Assembly: GCA_041649955.1 (NCBI GenBank)
Contig: JBAZMD010000004.1
Location: 1-62,671 of the forward strand
Length of the DNA stretch: 62,671 bases
Direction of reading: 5' to 3'
From: Patescibacteria group bacterium
GTDB taxonomy: Bacteria > Patescibacteriota > Patescibacteriia > UBA2591 > JAQUPP01
Under the pieces are notes generated by a model. It ran no database searches. It worked only from the letters and a program-made list of their open reading frames with translations, and was not told the DNA's origin. The translations under genes were made by a program, and so were the position numbers. The stretch's first letter is position 1; each line of letters starts with the position of its first letter. Shown in pieces: positions 1 to 8,932 of the stretch.

Positions 1-231
1 TGTTTTGTAAATATTTACAATTTCTTCTCCAGCGCCAATTTTTATTTTAAACTGAGCAATTATTTTCCCGCCAAATTTCTTTTCTTTAATCGGCCGATAA
101 TAAGGAATGACAATTCTAATATCGTGCTGACTGATTTTTCTCAGCGCTTTAGTTAAAGCGCTGACTACGTCAGCAATGCCTCCGACTTTTAAAATCGGAT
201 TTACTTCAGAAGCGGCAAATAAAATTTTCAT
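1..231 (-). CDS. glycogen/starch synthase-like glycosyltransferase, N-terminal part (gene runs off the left edge)
   Basis: Not in the ORF track (edge). Minus-strand ATG at 229-231 reads MKILFAASEVNPILKVGGIADVVSALTKAL..., the K-x-GG-[LI]-x-DV N-terminus typical of GlgA-type synthases. Overlaps the 3' end of the PHP gene by 26 nt. Confidence 0.6.
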   Translation of the reverse strand, partial: MKILFAASEVNPILKVGGIADVVSALTKALRKISQHDIRIVIPYYRPIKEKKFGGKIIAQFKIKIGAGEEIVNIYKT

Positions 232-1072
232 TGTTGATTTTAAAATAATCCCAAACTGAATTTATATCAAACCCCCATTCTTCGGGTAGAATACCATGAA
301 AATCAGAACCAACTGTAATTGTCAAATTTAATTCTTTGGCTACTTTTTGCCAATGTTCGTTACTCCCCCATGAATGATGACTGGAAATAGCTTCCAGTCC
401 GTCTAGTCCTGATTTTTTAAGTTCTTTAATTATATTTCCATCATGCCAAGCTAGCTGCTGGCCTGGATGAGCCAAAACCGCCTTGCCGTGAGCTTGCTTA
501 ATTAATTTAATAGCTTGTTTGATATCCAGCTCAGTTTCCGGACAAAGAGAAACACCGTTTTTAAAAAAATATTTTTCAATAATATCTGTCAGAGAAATAA
601 TTTTTTTAGGAGTCCAATTAAAATCTTTTCTGATTCTATTCTGATTTTGGGGATATTTTTGAAAAACTCCGGCCAAGTTTGCCACGCCGATATATGGAGC
701 TTTTATTTTAAAAACATCTCTTTCGTCCATCTGCCAGCCGTTTTTTTGAAGAATTTTTATTATTTTTTTAATTTTTAGAAGATGAGATGCCTGTAATTCT
801 TTTAGAACTGAATCAAGTTTTTTATTTTTTAAATCAAATCCGTAGCCCAAAAGATGCAAATGTTTATCTTCAAAATAAGTATAAATCTCTATGCCGGTGA
901 TGACTTTAATTTTTAATTTTTTGCCTTCTTCCTGAAATTCTTTTATCCCGTCGATTCCATTATGATCAGTTAAGGATAAATAATTAAAGCCTGCCTGCTT
1001 GGCTTTTTTCATCAAATCTTGAGGCGAATAAACGCCGTCCGAATAATAAGAATGCAAATGCAAATCAATCAT
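206..1072 (-). CDS. PHP-domain metal-dependent phosphoesterase
   Basis: N-terminal IDLHLHSYYSDG His motif, then HLLGYG, LAHPG and GSDFHG motifs of the PHP fold. Confidence 0.8.
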   Translation of the reverse strand: MIDLHLHSYYSDGVYSPQDLMKKAKQAGFNYLSLTDHNGIDGIKEFQEEGKKLKIKVITGIEIYTYFEDKHLHLLGYGFDLKNKKLDSVLKELQASHLLKIKKIIKILQKNGWQMDERDVFKIKAPYIGVANLAGVFQKYPQNQNRIRKDFNWTPKKIISLTDIIEKYFFKNGVSLCPETELDIKQAIKLIKQAHGKAVLAHPGQQLAWHDGNIIKELKKSGLDGLEAISSHHSWGSNEHWQKVAKELNLTITVGSDFHGILPEEWGFDINSVWDYFKINNENFICRF

Positions 1073-1081
1073 AAAATTATT

Positions 1082-2116
1082 TTAAATAAGTAATAATTTT
1101 TTAATTTTTTCTTCTCCTTGTTTTAATAAAATCTTGATCCCTCTGGCCTTATTCTCTCTATTTGATTCAACTAAAGCTAAAATCGCCGCCATTTCTAAAA
1201 TTTTTCTGATTTCAAAATAAAGCAAACGGATTTTGATTTTTTTATCTTCCAGTTCCTGTTTTGTAAAATAATTTTTTAAAAATAAATTTCTTATTTCCTG
1301 TGATTGTTTTTTTAATTTTGGCGCGTAATAACGAAACATTGAATCGTTTTGGGCCAAGAATCCGCCCACATCTTCCAAAGGATCGCCCCAAAAAGCATAA
1401 CTGAAATCTATGATTTTAAATTTTTTATTTTGAGAAATAATATTCCCCCAATGCAGATCCCCGTGAACCAAGCCAAAATTATTTTTAAAAATTTCTTTAT
1501 TTTTCTGCCTGAATTGCCAAAGTTGTTTAAGTAAGAAACTGAATTCCGGATAAAAATCTTTGGCGCATTTTCTGACTAAAAAATACCAGTGCCGATATTC
1601 CCATTTTTCGCGTTCAAAAGTTTTAATCGGCAAAAAATCAGGTTTCTCAGATGAAATATTGTGCATTCTTTTTAAACAACGGACAATCGGCGCAATTAAA
1701 TTTATCTGATTATTGATTTTTCTTTGGGCCAATAAATTTTCCAATGAAAAACCCGGCGTTTCCAGATAAAAATAAATATTTAAAGACGGATCATAATCTA
1801 AAAAGTGAGGAATATTTTGCCCAAATCCCTTGTCTCTTAGCCAGTTTAAAGCTTTCCATTCCCGATACGGTATGTCTTGCCGGCGATGAATTTTGGCTCT
1901 GATATTTTTTGCGCCGCGATTTGTTATTAATGTATATTTCAAGCTCATATTGCGGTATTTACCGCAAAAATTTCTGACTAATTCTATTTTAAGGTCAAGT
2001 AATTTTTCGTTTTTAGTTAAAAAATTTTTTCTTCTTTTCTGAAAAAGAAGAATCATATATTTTTTATCCAGAGATTTTTTGGTGTTAAAAATGCGGGGCA
2101 ATTTAATAAAAATCAT
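1082..2116 (-). CDS. aminoglycoside-phosphotransferase-fold kinase (substrate unknown; a sugar kinase is possible given the neighbours)
   Basis: APH/choline-kinase catalytic motifs HGDLHWGNI and IIDFSYAFWGDPLEDV. Confidence 0.7.
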   Translation of the reverse strand: MIFIKLPRIFNTKKSLDKKYMILLFQKRRKNFLTKNEKLLDLKIELVRNFCGKYRNMSLKYTLITNRGAKNIRAKIHRRQDIPYREWKALNWLRDKGFGQNIPHFLDYDPSLNIYFYLETPGFSLENLLAQRKINNQINLIAPIVRCLKRMHNISSEKPDFLPIKTFEREKWEYRHWYFLVRKCAKDFYPEFSFLLKQLWQFRQKNKEIFKNNFGLVHGDLHWGNIISQNKKFKIIDFSYAFWGDPLEDVGGFLAQNDSMFRYYAPKLKKQSQEIRNLFLKNYFTKQELEDKKIKIRLLYFEIRKILEMAAILALVESNRENKARGIKILLKQGEEKIKKLLLI

Positions 2117-2118
2117 AG

Positions 2119-2229
2119 ATTAGCTTATTAGGAATTAGCTTTTTAGCTTCTTAGAAATTAACTAATTAGCTTCTTAGGAATTATTCTCTAATGCCTAAAA
2201 AGCTAAGAAGCTACAAGCTAATAAGCTTA
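2119..2229. repeat. array of AGCTT(C/A)TTAG words: three direct copies plus two inverted copies forming nested inverted repeats
   Basis: agcttattag 2122-2131 pairs with ctaataagct 2218-2227. tagcttcttag occurs at 2144-2154 and 2167-2177, with ctaagaagcta at 2203-2213. Confidence 0.6.
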
Positions 2230-4206
2230 TTTAGATGTATAACCGGAAATTTTAAATTTAAAACCAAATCCTTCGGCTGTCGGTTTATAAAGAATTTCAA
2301 TGAATAATTGTCCTTTCTTATTTTTTTTGAAAAAAATCGGCGACCATCGATTGGTTTCAGCCAAAAGCGCTAATTTCAAATATTTGCCTTTCGCAGCGTC
2401 CGATTGTTTTAAAAGCTGCAGAAAATCATTAATTAAACTTTCCGGTTTGACGATTATTTTTAGTTTTCCTTTTTTATATTGATAATCGCATTGCCCTTTT
2501 TGATGATAATCGCCGAATTTGGAAAAACGCAGCAAGCTCATCGCGTCCCAGCCGAATTCTCCCAGCCAGTATTCTATATACATGGAAGGTGTTTCGCAAA
2601 GATAAAAATTATTGTATTCATCAAAAGAAAAACCCAAGGGATGAGTATTTCTGTTTCTTTTTTCAAAAGCGATTTTAATCAGCTTGAAAAGTTCTTGCGG
2701 CTGTTTTGCCAAGAATTCTTTATCTTTATGATTTTCAAAATATTCTTTGGCGAATTTTGAAAATTCTCCCGGCGCGTATTCCCAATAACCTTTTAAAGAA
2801 GGCAGTAATCGAGCAGTTCTCAAATCGTCTACCACGTGCAGAACATCATAAATATCCATTCCGTTTTTCAGTTTAAAAATAGCGTCGCGCCATTTAATCG
2901 CTTTTTCCAATTCTTTCAATTTAATGGCTTTATTCATTTCATCTTCAAATTCCAAAACCATTGAATTAAAATCAGCTGCCATGACTCTTTCTTTATAGGG
3001 CCTTAATTTTACTGTTTTAAAAGCTTGGCGATGCGCTTGTCTGATCAATCCGGATCTCTGATATTCAAAAGCCAAATCAATAATTTTGCGATAATAATTT
3101 TCCGCTTTTTCTTTTATTTCACGGCTTATTTTGGGAATCAAAAAAACAATTTTTTTCAAATCAAAAGCGCTCTGTTCTATCATTTCCAAACTCCACCATG
3201 GCTTGGCCGAAGCCCACCAATATTGATCGCTGGACAAAGCTTTGTCCAATCTATCTCTGATTTCTTTATAATTAGCAATATTTTTATCCAATTTTGAAAC
3301 CAAATCAATCACAAAATAAGTAAATTCCCACTGATGATTATGAATCGGATTCTCTGGATTTTGCCAGAGAGTGAATGGATGCTGTTTTTCTTTTTCCAAC
3401 CAAAAATCCTGCTCTTCCGAGCTCCAGGTGCAATCTCTGGGAATAATTTTTTCATTATTTATGGAAAAATTTTTAATCAATTCTGAAACAAAAACTTTTT
3501 CAATTTTTTTATCCTGATAAATTTCAAAAAGCAAATTTTCCAAACCCGGGCGATGATGGCCGAAAGTTTCACTGTCCATTACCGTCAAAAGATAGCGGTC
3601 TTTTTTAATTTCATCGCCGATTTCGCTGGTTAGAGATTTGAAATTGCGGCAAACGGCTGAGAGAATCAGATTGCTGATTCTTTTGTCTCTAAAAATAATT
3701 TTCAAATGATTCAATTTTTGAATCGGATAAATTTTTTTAAAATCCGGTTTTCGCGGCGAAGCCAATTCTTCGGCAATAATCCATTTAAAACCGCATTCTT
3801 CCACAACTTTTGCCACTTTCTCGCTGTAAGCCAATTCGGGAGAAAAAAATCCTTTCGGCTGCCAATATTTTCCGAAATATTTTTTATTGGTTTCATTATT
3901 CAGAAGAATTTGCCTTTTAATTTCTTCCTTGGACAATAAAGGCAAAAAGGGGTGGTATTTAACCCCTCCGGTAAATTCAATTTGTCCGCGTTTGGCAAAA
4001 TCTTTTATTTGTTCAATCACGTCTTGATAGCCATTTTTTGCCAATAATTCGGTTAATCCGGCGCTGATATTAATGGTAATCTTCGCCTTGGAATTAAGAG
4101 CCAAGCCGCTGATTATTTTGCGATAACTTTCATTGACTATTCGCTCCAAAATATCCAATTGCTGGCTTGACGGCTGATAAAAATGTAGAAAAATAGCCCA
4201 TTTCAT
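2227..4206 (-). CDS. glycoside hydrolase family 57 protein (amylase / branching-enzyme type) with a C-terminal extension
   Basis: FLHFYQP N-terminus and SETFGHH catalytic-region motif typical of GH57. 659 aa. Confidence 0.85.
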   Translation of the reverse strand: MKWAIFLHFYQPSSQQLDILERIVNESYRKIISGLALNSKAKITINISAGLTELLAKNGYQDVIEQIKDFAKRGQIEFTGGVKYHPFLPLLSKEEIKRQILLNNETNKKYFGKYWQPKGFFSPELAYSEKVAKVVEECGFKWIIAEELASPRKPDFKKIYPIQKLNHLKIIFRDKRISNLILSAVCRNFKSLTSEIGDEIKKDRYLLTVMDSETFGHHRPGLENLLFEIYQDKKIEKVFVSELIKNFSINNEKIIPRDCTWSSEEQDFWLEKEKQHPFTLWQNPENPIHNHQWEFTYFVIDLVSKLDKNIANYKEIRDRLDKALSSDQYWWASAKPWWSLEMIEQSAFDLKKIVFLIPKISREIKEKAENYYRKIIDLAFEYQRSGLIRQAHRQAFKTVKLRPYKERVMAADFNSMVLEFEDEMNKAIKLKELEKAIKWRDAIFKLKNGMDIYDVLHVVDDLRTARLLPSLKGYWEYAPGEFSKFAKEYFENHKDKEFLAKQPQELFKLIKIAFEKRNRNTHPLGFSFDEYNNFYLCETPSMYIEYWLGEFGWDAMSLLRFSKFGDYHQKGQCDYQYKKGKLKIIVKPESLINDFLQLLKQSDAAKGKYLKLALLAETNRWSPIFFKKNKKGQLFIEILYKPTAEGFGFKFKISGYTSK

Positions 4207-4229
4207 ATCAATATTATAACATTTTTAAT

Positions 4230-4267
4230 AAAATAAAACAGGGGTGATTAATTACCAATCGCCCCTG
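4230..4267 (-). terminator. intrinsic terminator of the 333-aa orphan gene
   Basis: 11-bp stem caggggtgatt/aatcgcccctg (one G-U), followed on the minus strand by a T-run. Confidence 0.7.
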
Positions 4268-4291
4268 AAAATATTTTCTAAAAAAACTGCA

Positions 4292-5293
4292 CTACCCATT
4301 GAGAATAACTACCGAAGAATGGGTTGAATCAGGACATTCAGCAGGGTCACCACTAAATATTAATTTCTTTACGCCTCCAATTTTGCGGATATTAAAACCC
4401 ACTGAACTTGAAAAAATATTGAATTTACCTTCTTTACGATAGAGATCTCCTGGAGCATCAAACTGAATATGTTCTTTTTCACTTAAAATCTGTGGCATCT
4501 CGACCAAAAGATGAGCGACAACAAAACTCCCGGCCGGAATAATCTGTGAGCGATAGGGATCTAATTCCCATCTGCATGCCTGAACAGAATATCCTTGAAA
4601 AGCATCGACCAAAAGCAAAACAATATTAATATCATCAGTTAGCCCTGTTAAAAAATCTCTATAAACGCGAAGGAATTCTAAATGCTCCCATGCCATCATT
4701 CTGTTACACCAATTTTCAAAACATACGTTTTCCTTTTTGCATCGGTTCTCAAGAAGGGGGAAAACTCCCCTCTCAATAACCAAGCCATATCCCGAATTTA
4801 TGGGATTATTAACATCCGCGATCCGATTAGCCACTTTAAGCGAAGGAATAATAATTGGGATAATACGTTGACGATTAATACCATATTTCTTCGCCAATTT
4901 ATCTGCCTTTCCTTTCGCTTTTAAAAATTTCTTTTCAAACCCTTCTGTATTAAGATCCCCATAATGCTCTATTAAACTACTTAGACAAGTATAAATTGGG
5001 GTATGTGTGAAATTATAAGGTAAATGGAAATTCTTATTCGCTTCAAGAATTGGAAATGGATTATTTGGTGAAGGAGTAAATCTTTCGCCAATTATTAACG
5101 GAACAGTTCCAGCTAAAGTTACTTCTTTTCCTTCTTGAAGCCATTGAATAACCCTCCTTATAAAGTCAAGGTCTCTCCTGTGCGACTTCGGATTTGTGAA
5201 TTGATTACGCAATTCGATAAATTGACTATCGAATTTGGCTAACTGTAATAACAATGCATCGTCGACCTTCCGGCCCTTTGACTTTTCAGCCAT
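4292..5293 (-). CDS. hypothetical protein (333 aa), stand-alone transcription unit
   Basis: Long ORF with a strong SD (aaggaggtgcatc-ATG), its own promoter and its own terminator. No motif recognised. Confidence 0.75.
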   Translation of the reverse strand: MAEKSKGRKVDDALLLQLAKFDSQFIELRNQFTNPKSHRRDLDFIRRVIQWLQEGKEVTLAGTVPLIIGERFTPSPNNPFPILEANKNFHLPYNFTHTPIYTCLSSLIEHYGDLNTEGFEKKFLKAKGKADKLAKKYGINRQRIIPIIIPSLKVANRIADVNNPINSGYGLVIERGVFPLLENRCKKENVCFENWCNRMMAWEHLEFLRVYRDFLTGLTDDINIVLLLVDAFQGYSVQACRWELDPYRSQIIPAGSFVVAHLLVEMPQILSEKEHIQFDAPGDLYRKEGKFNIFSSSVGFNIRKIGGVKKLIFSGDPAECPDSTHSSVVILNG

Positions 5294-5370
5294 GATGCAC
5301 CTCCTTATTTTAACGAACCTAGCTATTTTGGGACAAACTTAATTGCTTATCCCCTAAGCTATTAGAATAA

Positions 5371-5399
5371 ATAATATCACAATTTTTATTTTTTGTCAA
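5371..5399 (-). promoter_or_regulatory. sigma70-type promoter for the 4292-5293 gene
   Basis: Minus strand reads TTGACA, 17 nt, TATTAT. Confidence 0.6.
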
Positions 5400-5400
5400 A

Positions 5401-5436
5401 TAAAAAATCAAGGACTGATAAAATATCAGTCCTTGA
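5401..5436 (-). terminator. intrinsic terminator of the 131-aa gene
   Basis: 13-bp perfect stem tcaaggactgata/tatcagtccttga, then a T-run on the minus strand. Confidence 0.7.
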
Positions 5437-5451
5437 CTTTTGAATAAAAAT

Positions 5452-5847
5452 TTATTTTTTTAGATCTTTCACTTTAATTCTATAAACTGCAGCACATTTT
5501 TCTATTTCCTCTGCGTAATTTTTATCAACTGTTAGCGCATACGTATATTCTTTCAATATAGATTCTTTGGCTTGCCATAAAATTTCCGGTTTAATTTCTA
5601 TTGGCATTCGTTTATCAACAGCATAATTTTCTATTTTTTGGGCACCACCAAGATCGCCATTCTTAAATTTTTCATCAAAGGCATATTGCAATGCCTCTTG
5701 AAAACTTATCTCTACTCCTACTTTCAAGGCTCCTTCCGCCATCTCTTCCGCATCCTTAAAACGAAGTTCAGAAATAAGTTCTCCAACTTCTTTCTGAAGA
5801 ATCTCCTTTTTCTCTTCTTTAGAAAGTTCTTGTTCTAAAATTTCCAT
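5452..5847 (-). CDS. hypothetical acidic helical protein (131 aa)
   Basis: ORF only; no motif recognised. Confidence 0.6.
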   Translation of the reverse strand: MEILEQELSKEEKKEILQKEVGELISELRFKDAEEMAEGALKVGVEISFQEALQYAFDEKFKNGDLGGAQKIENYAVDKRMPIEIKPEILWQAKESILKEYTYALTVDKNYAEEIEKCAAVYRIKVKDLKK

Positions 5848-5920
5848 ATAATTTTTATTAATTATCTTATATTTTTATAATACTCCTTTTTAAGGAATTT
5901 GTCAACTCCTGCTTTTGGGC

Positions 5921-7387
5921 TTATTTTCTCATTTTTTTAACTATTTTGCGATATAAAATTACGTATTTTTTGGCCGGTAATTTCCAGGAGTATGATTCTC
6001 TCATTGCTTGGCGGACTATTTTTTGCCAAATATTTTTTCTTTTATAATTTTCCAAAGCCCGGGCAATGGTAAACAACAAATCCTGAGGCTGATAAGTGGA
6101 AAGAACAAAACCGTTGCCTCGCAATGTTTGCGGATTATAATCAATAATCGTGTCTGAAAGCCCTCCCACTTCATGGACAATCGGGATTGAGCCATAACGC
6201 AAACTGATCAACTGCGAAATTCCGCAAGGTTCAAAGCGCGAAGGCATTAAATAAAAATCCGAAGCGGCATAAATTTTCCTTTCCATATCTTCCTTAAACG
6301 GATAAAAGAATAATAATTTTTTTGGGTATTTCTTCGCTTTTTTTCGAAAAAATTCCGTATAATTTTCGTCCCCGCTGCCAACAATGGCTATTTGAAGATT
6401 TAGTCTCAAAAGAAAATCCAAAATTTGAATAATTAATTCAAAGCCTTTCTGTTCGGACAGGCGGTTTGCCAGCCCGATTAAAGGAATTTTCGGATCAACT
6501 TTCAAACCAAACTTTTTTTGAAGAATTATTTTATTTTCTACTTTTTTCTCCAAAGAATTGGCGCGATAATTAACATAAAGAGCCGGATCAAAACGAGGAT
6601 TGAAAACCGTGTAATCTATGCCATTGACAATGCCGTAAATATCTTTAGATCTTTGTTTTAAAAAAGAATCCAGTTCGCAGCCGAATTGCGGCGTTAAAAT
6701 TTCTTGAGCATAGCGCTCGCTGACCGCGTTAATAACATCAGCATAAATAATTCCTCTTTTAATAAAATTTATATTCTGCAATTCCTTTGCGGTATTAGGT
6801 AGCGGATTTTTGCCATTATCTCTTTTTTCTTTGGGAATTTTCCACCAATCTTGCGGCCCTTGAAAATTCAAATTATGAATCGTCAGCAGTGTGCCGACAT
6901 TTTTCAAGTCAGGATCTTTTTTAAATTTGGTTTTTAATAAATAAGGAACCAACCCGGCGTGCCAATCATGAACATGAAAAATTTGCGGATTAAATTTTAA
7001 AATTTTAACCAATTCTATGGCTGCCAAATCAAATAAATAAAATCTCAAGCCGTTATCCGGATAGTCGTAAATTTTTTCTTTATATCTGGAGCCGAATAAT
7101 TTTTCCTGGCAGACAAAAAAAACCGGATATTTATCCGGAGAAATGATTTTTTTAAAACTAACTTGATAATTTTTACCCGCCAGTTTAATGGATATTTTAT
7201 AAGGCAAATTTTCAATCGGCCAATTATTTTTTTTAATTGTGCCGTGGTAAGGAGTAATGACAATTACTTTATATCCCAAACGATAAAGAGAACGCGGCAA
7301 ATATCTGATTACTTCGCCTAATCCGCCGGTTTTGGAATAAGGCGATACCTCGGCGCTGATATGAACAATTTTAAGGTTTTTTTTCAT
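5921..7387 (-). CDS. glgA: glycogen synthase (ADP-glucose type, GT5)
   Basis: N-terminal SAEVSPYSKTGGLGEV, HDWHAG, and C-terminal PSRFEPCG motifs. Confidence 0.9.
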   Translation of the reverse strand: MKKNLKIVHISAEVSPYSKTGGLGEVIRYLPRSLYRLGYKVIVITPYHGTIKKNNWPIENLPYKISIKLAGKNYQVSFKKIISPDKYPVFFVCQEKLFGSRYKEKIYDYPDNGLRFYLFDLAAIELVKILKFNPQIFHVHDWHAGLVPYLLKTKFKKDPDLKNVGTLLTIHNLNFQGPQDWWKIPKEKRDNGKNPLPNTAKELQNINFIKRGIIYADVINAVSERYAQEILTPQFGCELDSFLKQRSKDIYGIVNGIDYTVFNPRFDPALYVNYRANSLEKKVENKIILQKKFGLKVDPKIPLIGLANRLSEQKGFELIIQILDFLLRLNLQIAIVGSGDENYTEFFRKKAKKYPKKLLFFYPFKEDMERKIYAASDFYLMPSRFEPCGISQLISLRYGSIPIVHEVGGLSDTIIDYNPQTLRGNGFVLSTYQPQDLLFTIARALENYKRKNIWQKIVRQAMRESYSWKLPAKKYVILYRKIVKKMRK

Positions 7388-7402
7388 ATTTCTGTTAAAA
7401 AA

Positions 7403-7885
7403 TTAATCCAAAAAATTCTTCATTTGCGCGCCGGCGATAGCGATTGCCAAGGCGTCAGCCGCGTCATCCGGCCTGGGAACCTCCTTGAGTTTAAGCACTA
7501 ATTTGACCATTTTCTGAATTTGCTGTTTTGAGGCCTGGCCATAACCGGTTAAAGCTTGTTTAACTTGCAACGGCGTCAGTTCGCAAATCGGAACATCATT
7601 TAAATCCGCGGTTAAAACTATTACTCCCCTCGCTTCCCCGACTTGAAAAGCCGTTTTAACGTTTTTGGCAAAATAAATTTTTTCTACGACAATTTTTTCA
7701 GGTTTGTATTTTTTAATCAAAATTTTCAGTTCATTAAAAATTTTGGATAATCTTTTTGAAAAAACGGCTTTAGACGAAGTAACAATACAGCCGTAATCTA
7801 TGGCTGACCATTTGTTATTGCCTTCTGTTCTAATTACTCCGTATCCGGTAGTGGCCACGCCCGGATCTATGCCTAAAATAATCAT
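7403..7885 (-). CDS. ruvC: crossover junction endodeoxyribonuclease RuvC
   Basis: MIILGIDPG...TGYG start and C-terminal DAADALAIA motif. 160 aa. Confidence 0.9.
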   Translation of the reverse strand: MIILGIDPGVATTGYGVIRTEGNNKWSAIDYGCIVTSSKAVFSKRLSKIFNELKILIKKYKPEKIVVEKIYFAKNVKTAFQVGEARGVIVLTADLNDVPICELTPLQVKQALTGYGQASKQQIQKMVKLVLKLKEVPRPDDAADALAIAIAGAQMKNFLD

Positions 7886-7993
7886 AAGCTAAATGCTAAT
7901 CACTGCGAATTATTAAACGAATAATTACGAATTACGAATTACGAATTTGTAAAAATTTGTATTGAACTATTATTTGTAACGATTCGCATTTAG
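7886..7993. repeat. short-word repeat spacer: (TACGAAT)x3 tandem, ATTTGTA x3, flanked by an interrupted inverted repeat
   Basis: acgaattacgaattacgaatt at about 7927-7947. ctaaatgc...gcgaat (7889-7910) pairs with attcgcatttag (7982-7992). Confidence 0.6.
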
Positions 7994-8719
7994 TTATTCA
8001 ACATTGGAATAACACTCTTCAATGTCCTGGTCGTCTTCAATTTCTTCAATAATAGTTTCCAATTTTTTTTGAATTGATTCGTCCACGCTAATTGGGTCTT
8101 TGGCAACCCATTCTATATCCGCATAATCTATTTTTATATTTTCTTTTTCCAGGCCCTCTTTAATTTTTTGCAAATTTTCTGATTTACAATAAATCATTAA
8201 TCCATCCTCTTCAGGCTTAACATCATCAACGCCCAAATCAATAATTTTTAATTCTAAATCATCTAATTTCAATCCGCTTTCCGGCAAAACAGAAATATGA
8301 ATCACTCCTTTTCTTTCAAACATCCATAAAACAGAATTTTGGCCGCCCAGCGAACCGTTGTATTTATTAAAAATGCGCCTCAAACTGCCGGTAGTTCTAT
8401 TTTTATTATCAGTTAAAGCTTTAATCACAATCATTGTCCCTTCCGGACCAAAAGCTTCGTAAATAACTTCTTCAATCTGTTCGCCTCCCAATTCGCCGGT
8501 TCCCTTTTTAACGGCTCGCTCAATATTTTCTTTCGGCACATTGGCCTGTCTGGCCTTTTCCATAGCCAAACGAAGTTTAAAATTAGTGACAGGATCACCG
8601 CCGCCTTCCCGGGCAGCAATAGTAACGGCATGCGCCATTTTAGTAAAAACATTGCTTTTTTTAATATCTAAGGCCCCCTTGAAATGTTTTAATTTTGCCC
8701 ACTTTGAGTGTCCGCTCAT
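7994..8719 (-). CDS. yebC: YebC/PmpR-family transcriptional regulator
   Basis: MSGHSKWAKLKH start, AREGGGDP and NKNRT motifs. Confidence 0.9.
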   Translation of the reverse strand: MSGHSKWAKLKHFKGALDIKKSNVFTKMAHAVTIAAREGGGDPVTNFKLRLAMEKARQANVPKENIERAVKKGTGELGGEQIEEVIYEAFGPEGTMIVIKALTDNKNRTTGSLRRIFNKYNGSLGGQNSVLWMFERKGVIHISVLPESGLKLDDLELKIIDLGVDDVKPEEDGLMIYCKSENLQKIKEGLEKENIKIDYADIEWVAKDPISVDESIQKKLETIIEEIEDDQDIEECYSNVE

Positions 8720-8835
8720 ATTAATTTATTTTAATATTTAATATTACAATATTATAGCATAATTTAAATTATAGACAATATTCATTGTCCGTGTTAAAAT
8801 GATATTATGTTAATATGTTTTAATGATTAATTTAT

Positions 8836-8868
8836 GCCCGCCTAAATTTTTTAGGTCCGGGTGGGGTT
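8836..8868. repeat. GCCCGCCTAAAT hairpin, member of a recurring intergenic motif family
   Basis: gcccgcctaaatttttt aggtccgggtgggg. Lies in the divergent yebC/pgi spacer. The same word recurs at 22239, 22255, 22370 (inverted), 31171 and 31293 (inverted). Confidence 0.5.
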
Positions 8869-8932
8869 AAAAATTACATTGCAAGGTCTCTTAAAATCAA
8901 TTACATTAATAAAAAAATAAATTTAAGCGGGT

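Noticed and set aside
515-778. The track's many 60-160-aa ORFs lying antisense to or inside longer genes. Examples: 515-778, 1349-1534, 2300-2760, 3025-3297, 3706-3939, 4682-4924, 5638-5838, 7045-7263, 8431-8741, 11104-11373, 15292-15513, 18887-19069, 20127-20387, 23623-23856, 24617-24805, 25645-25908, 26185-26430, 28086-28313, 31481-31690, 34222-34407, 35879-36097, 38400-38600, 43253-43447, 46960-47184, 47583-48042, 48480-48782, 50121-50372, 50478-50699, 51492-51686, 54244-54453, 55058-55345, 55970-56161 and 56511-56699.
   Set aside because: They are shadow ORFs. They overlap confidently identified genes on the other strand or in another frame, their composition is low-complexity (F/I/K/L-rich, as expected from AT-rich antisense), and they have no start signals.
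7921-7950. Possible CRISPR or other spacer-repeat array (the tandem TACGAAT units). More generally, I looked for any CRISPR array in the window.
   Set aside because: The units are 7 nt long with no spacers. I saw no 24-40-nt repeats separated by unique spacers, and no cas genes, anywhere in the window.
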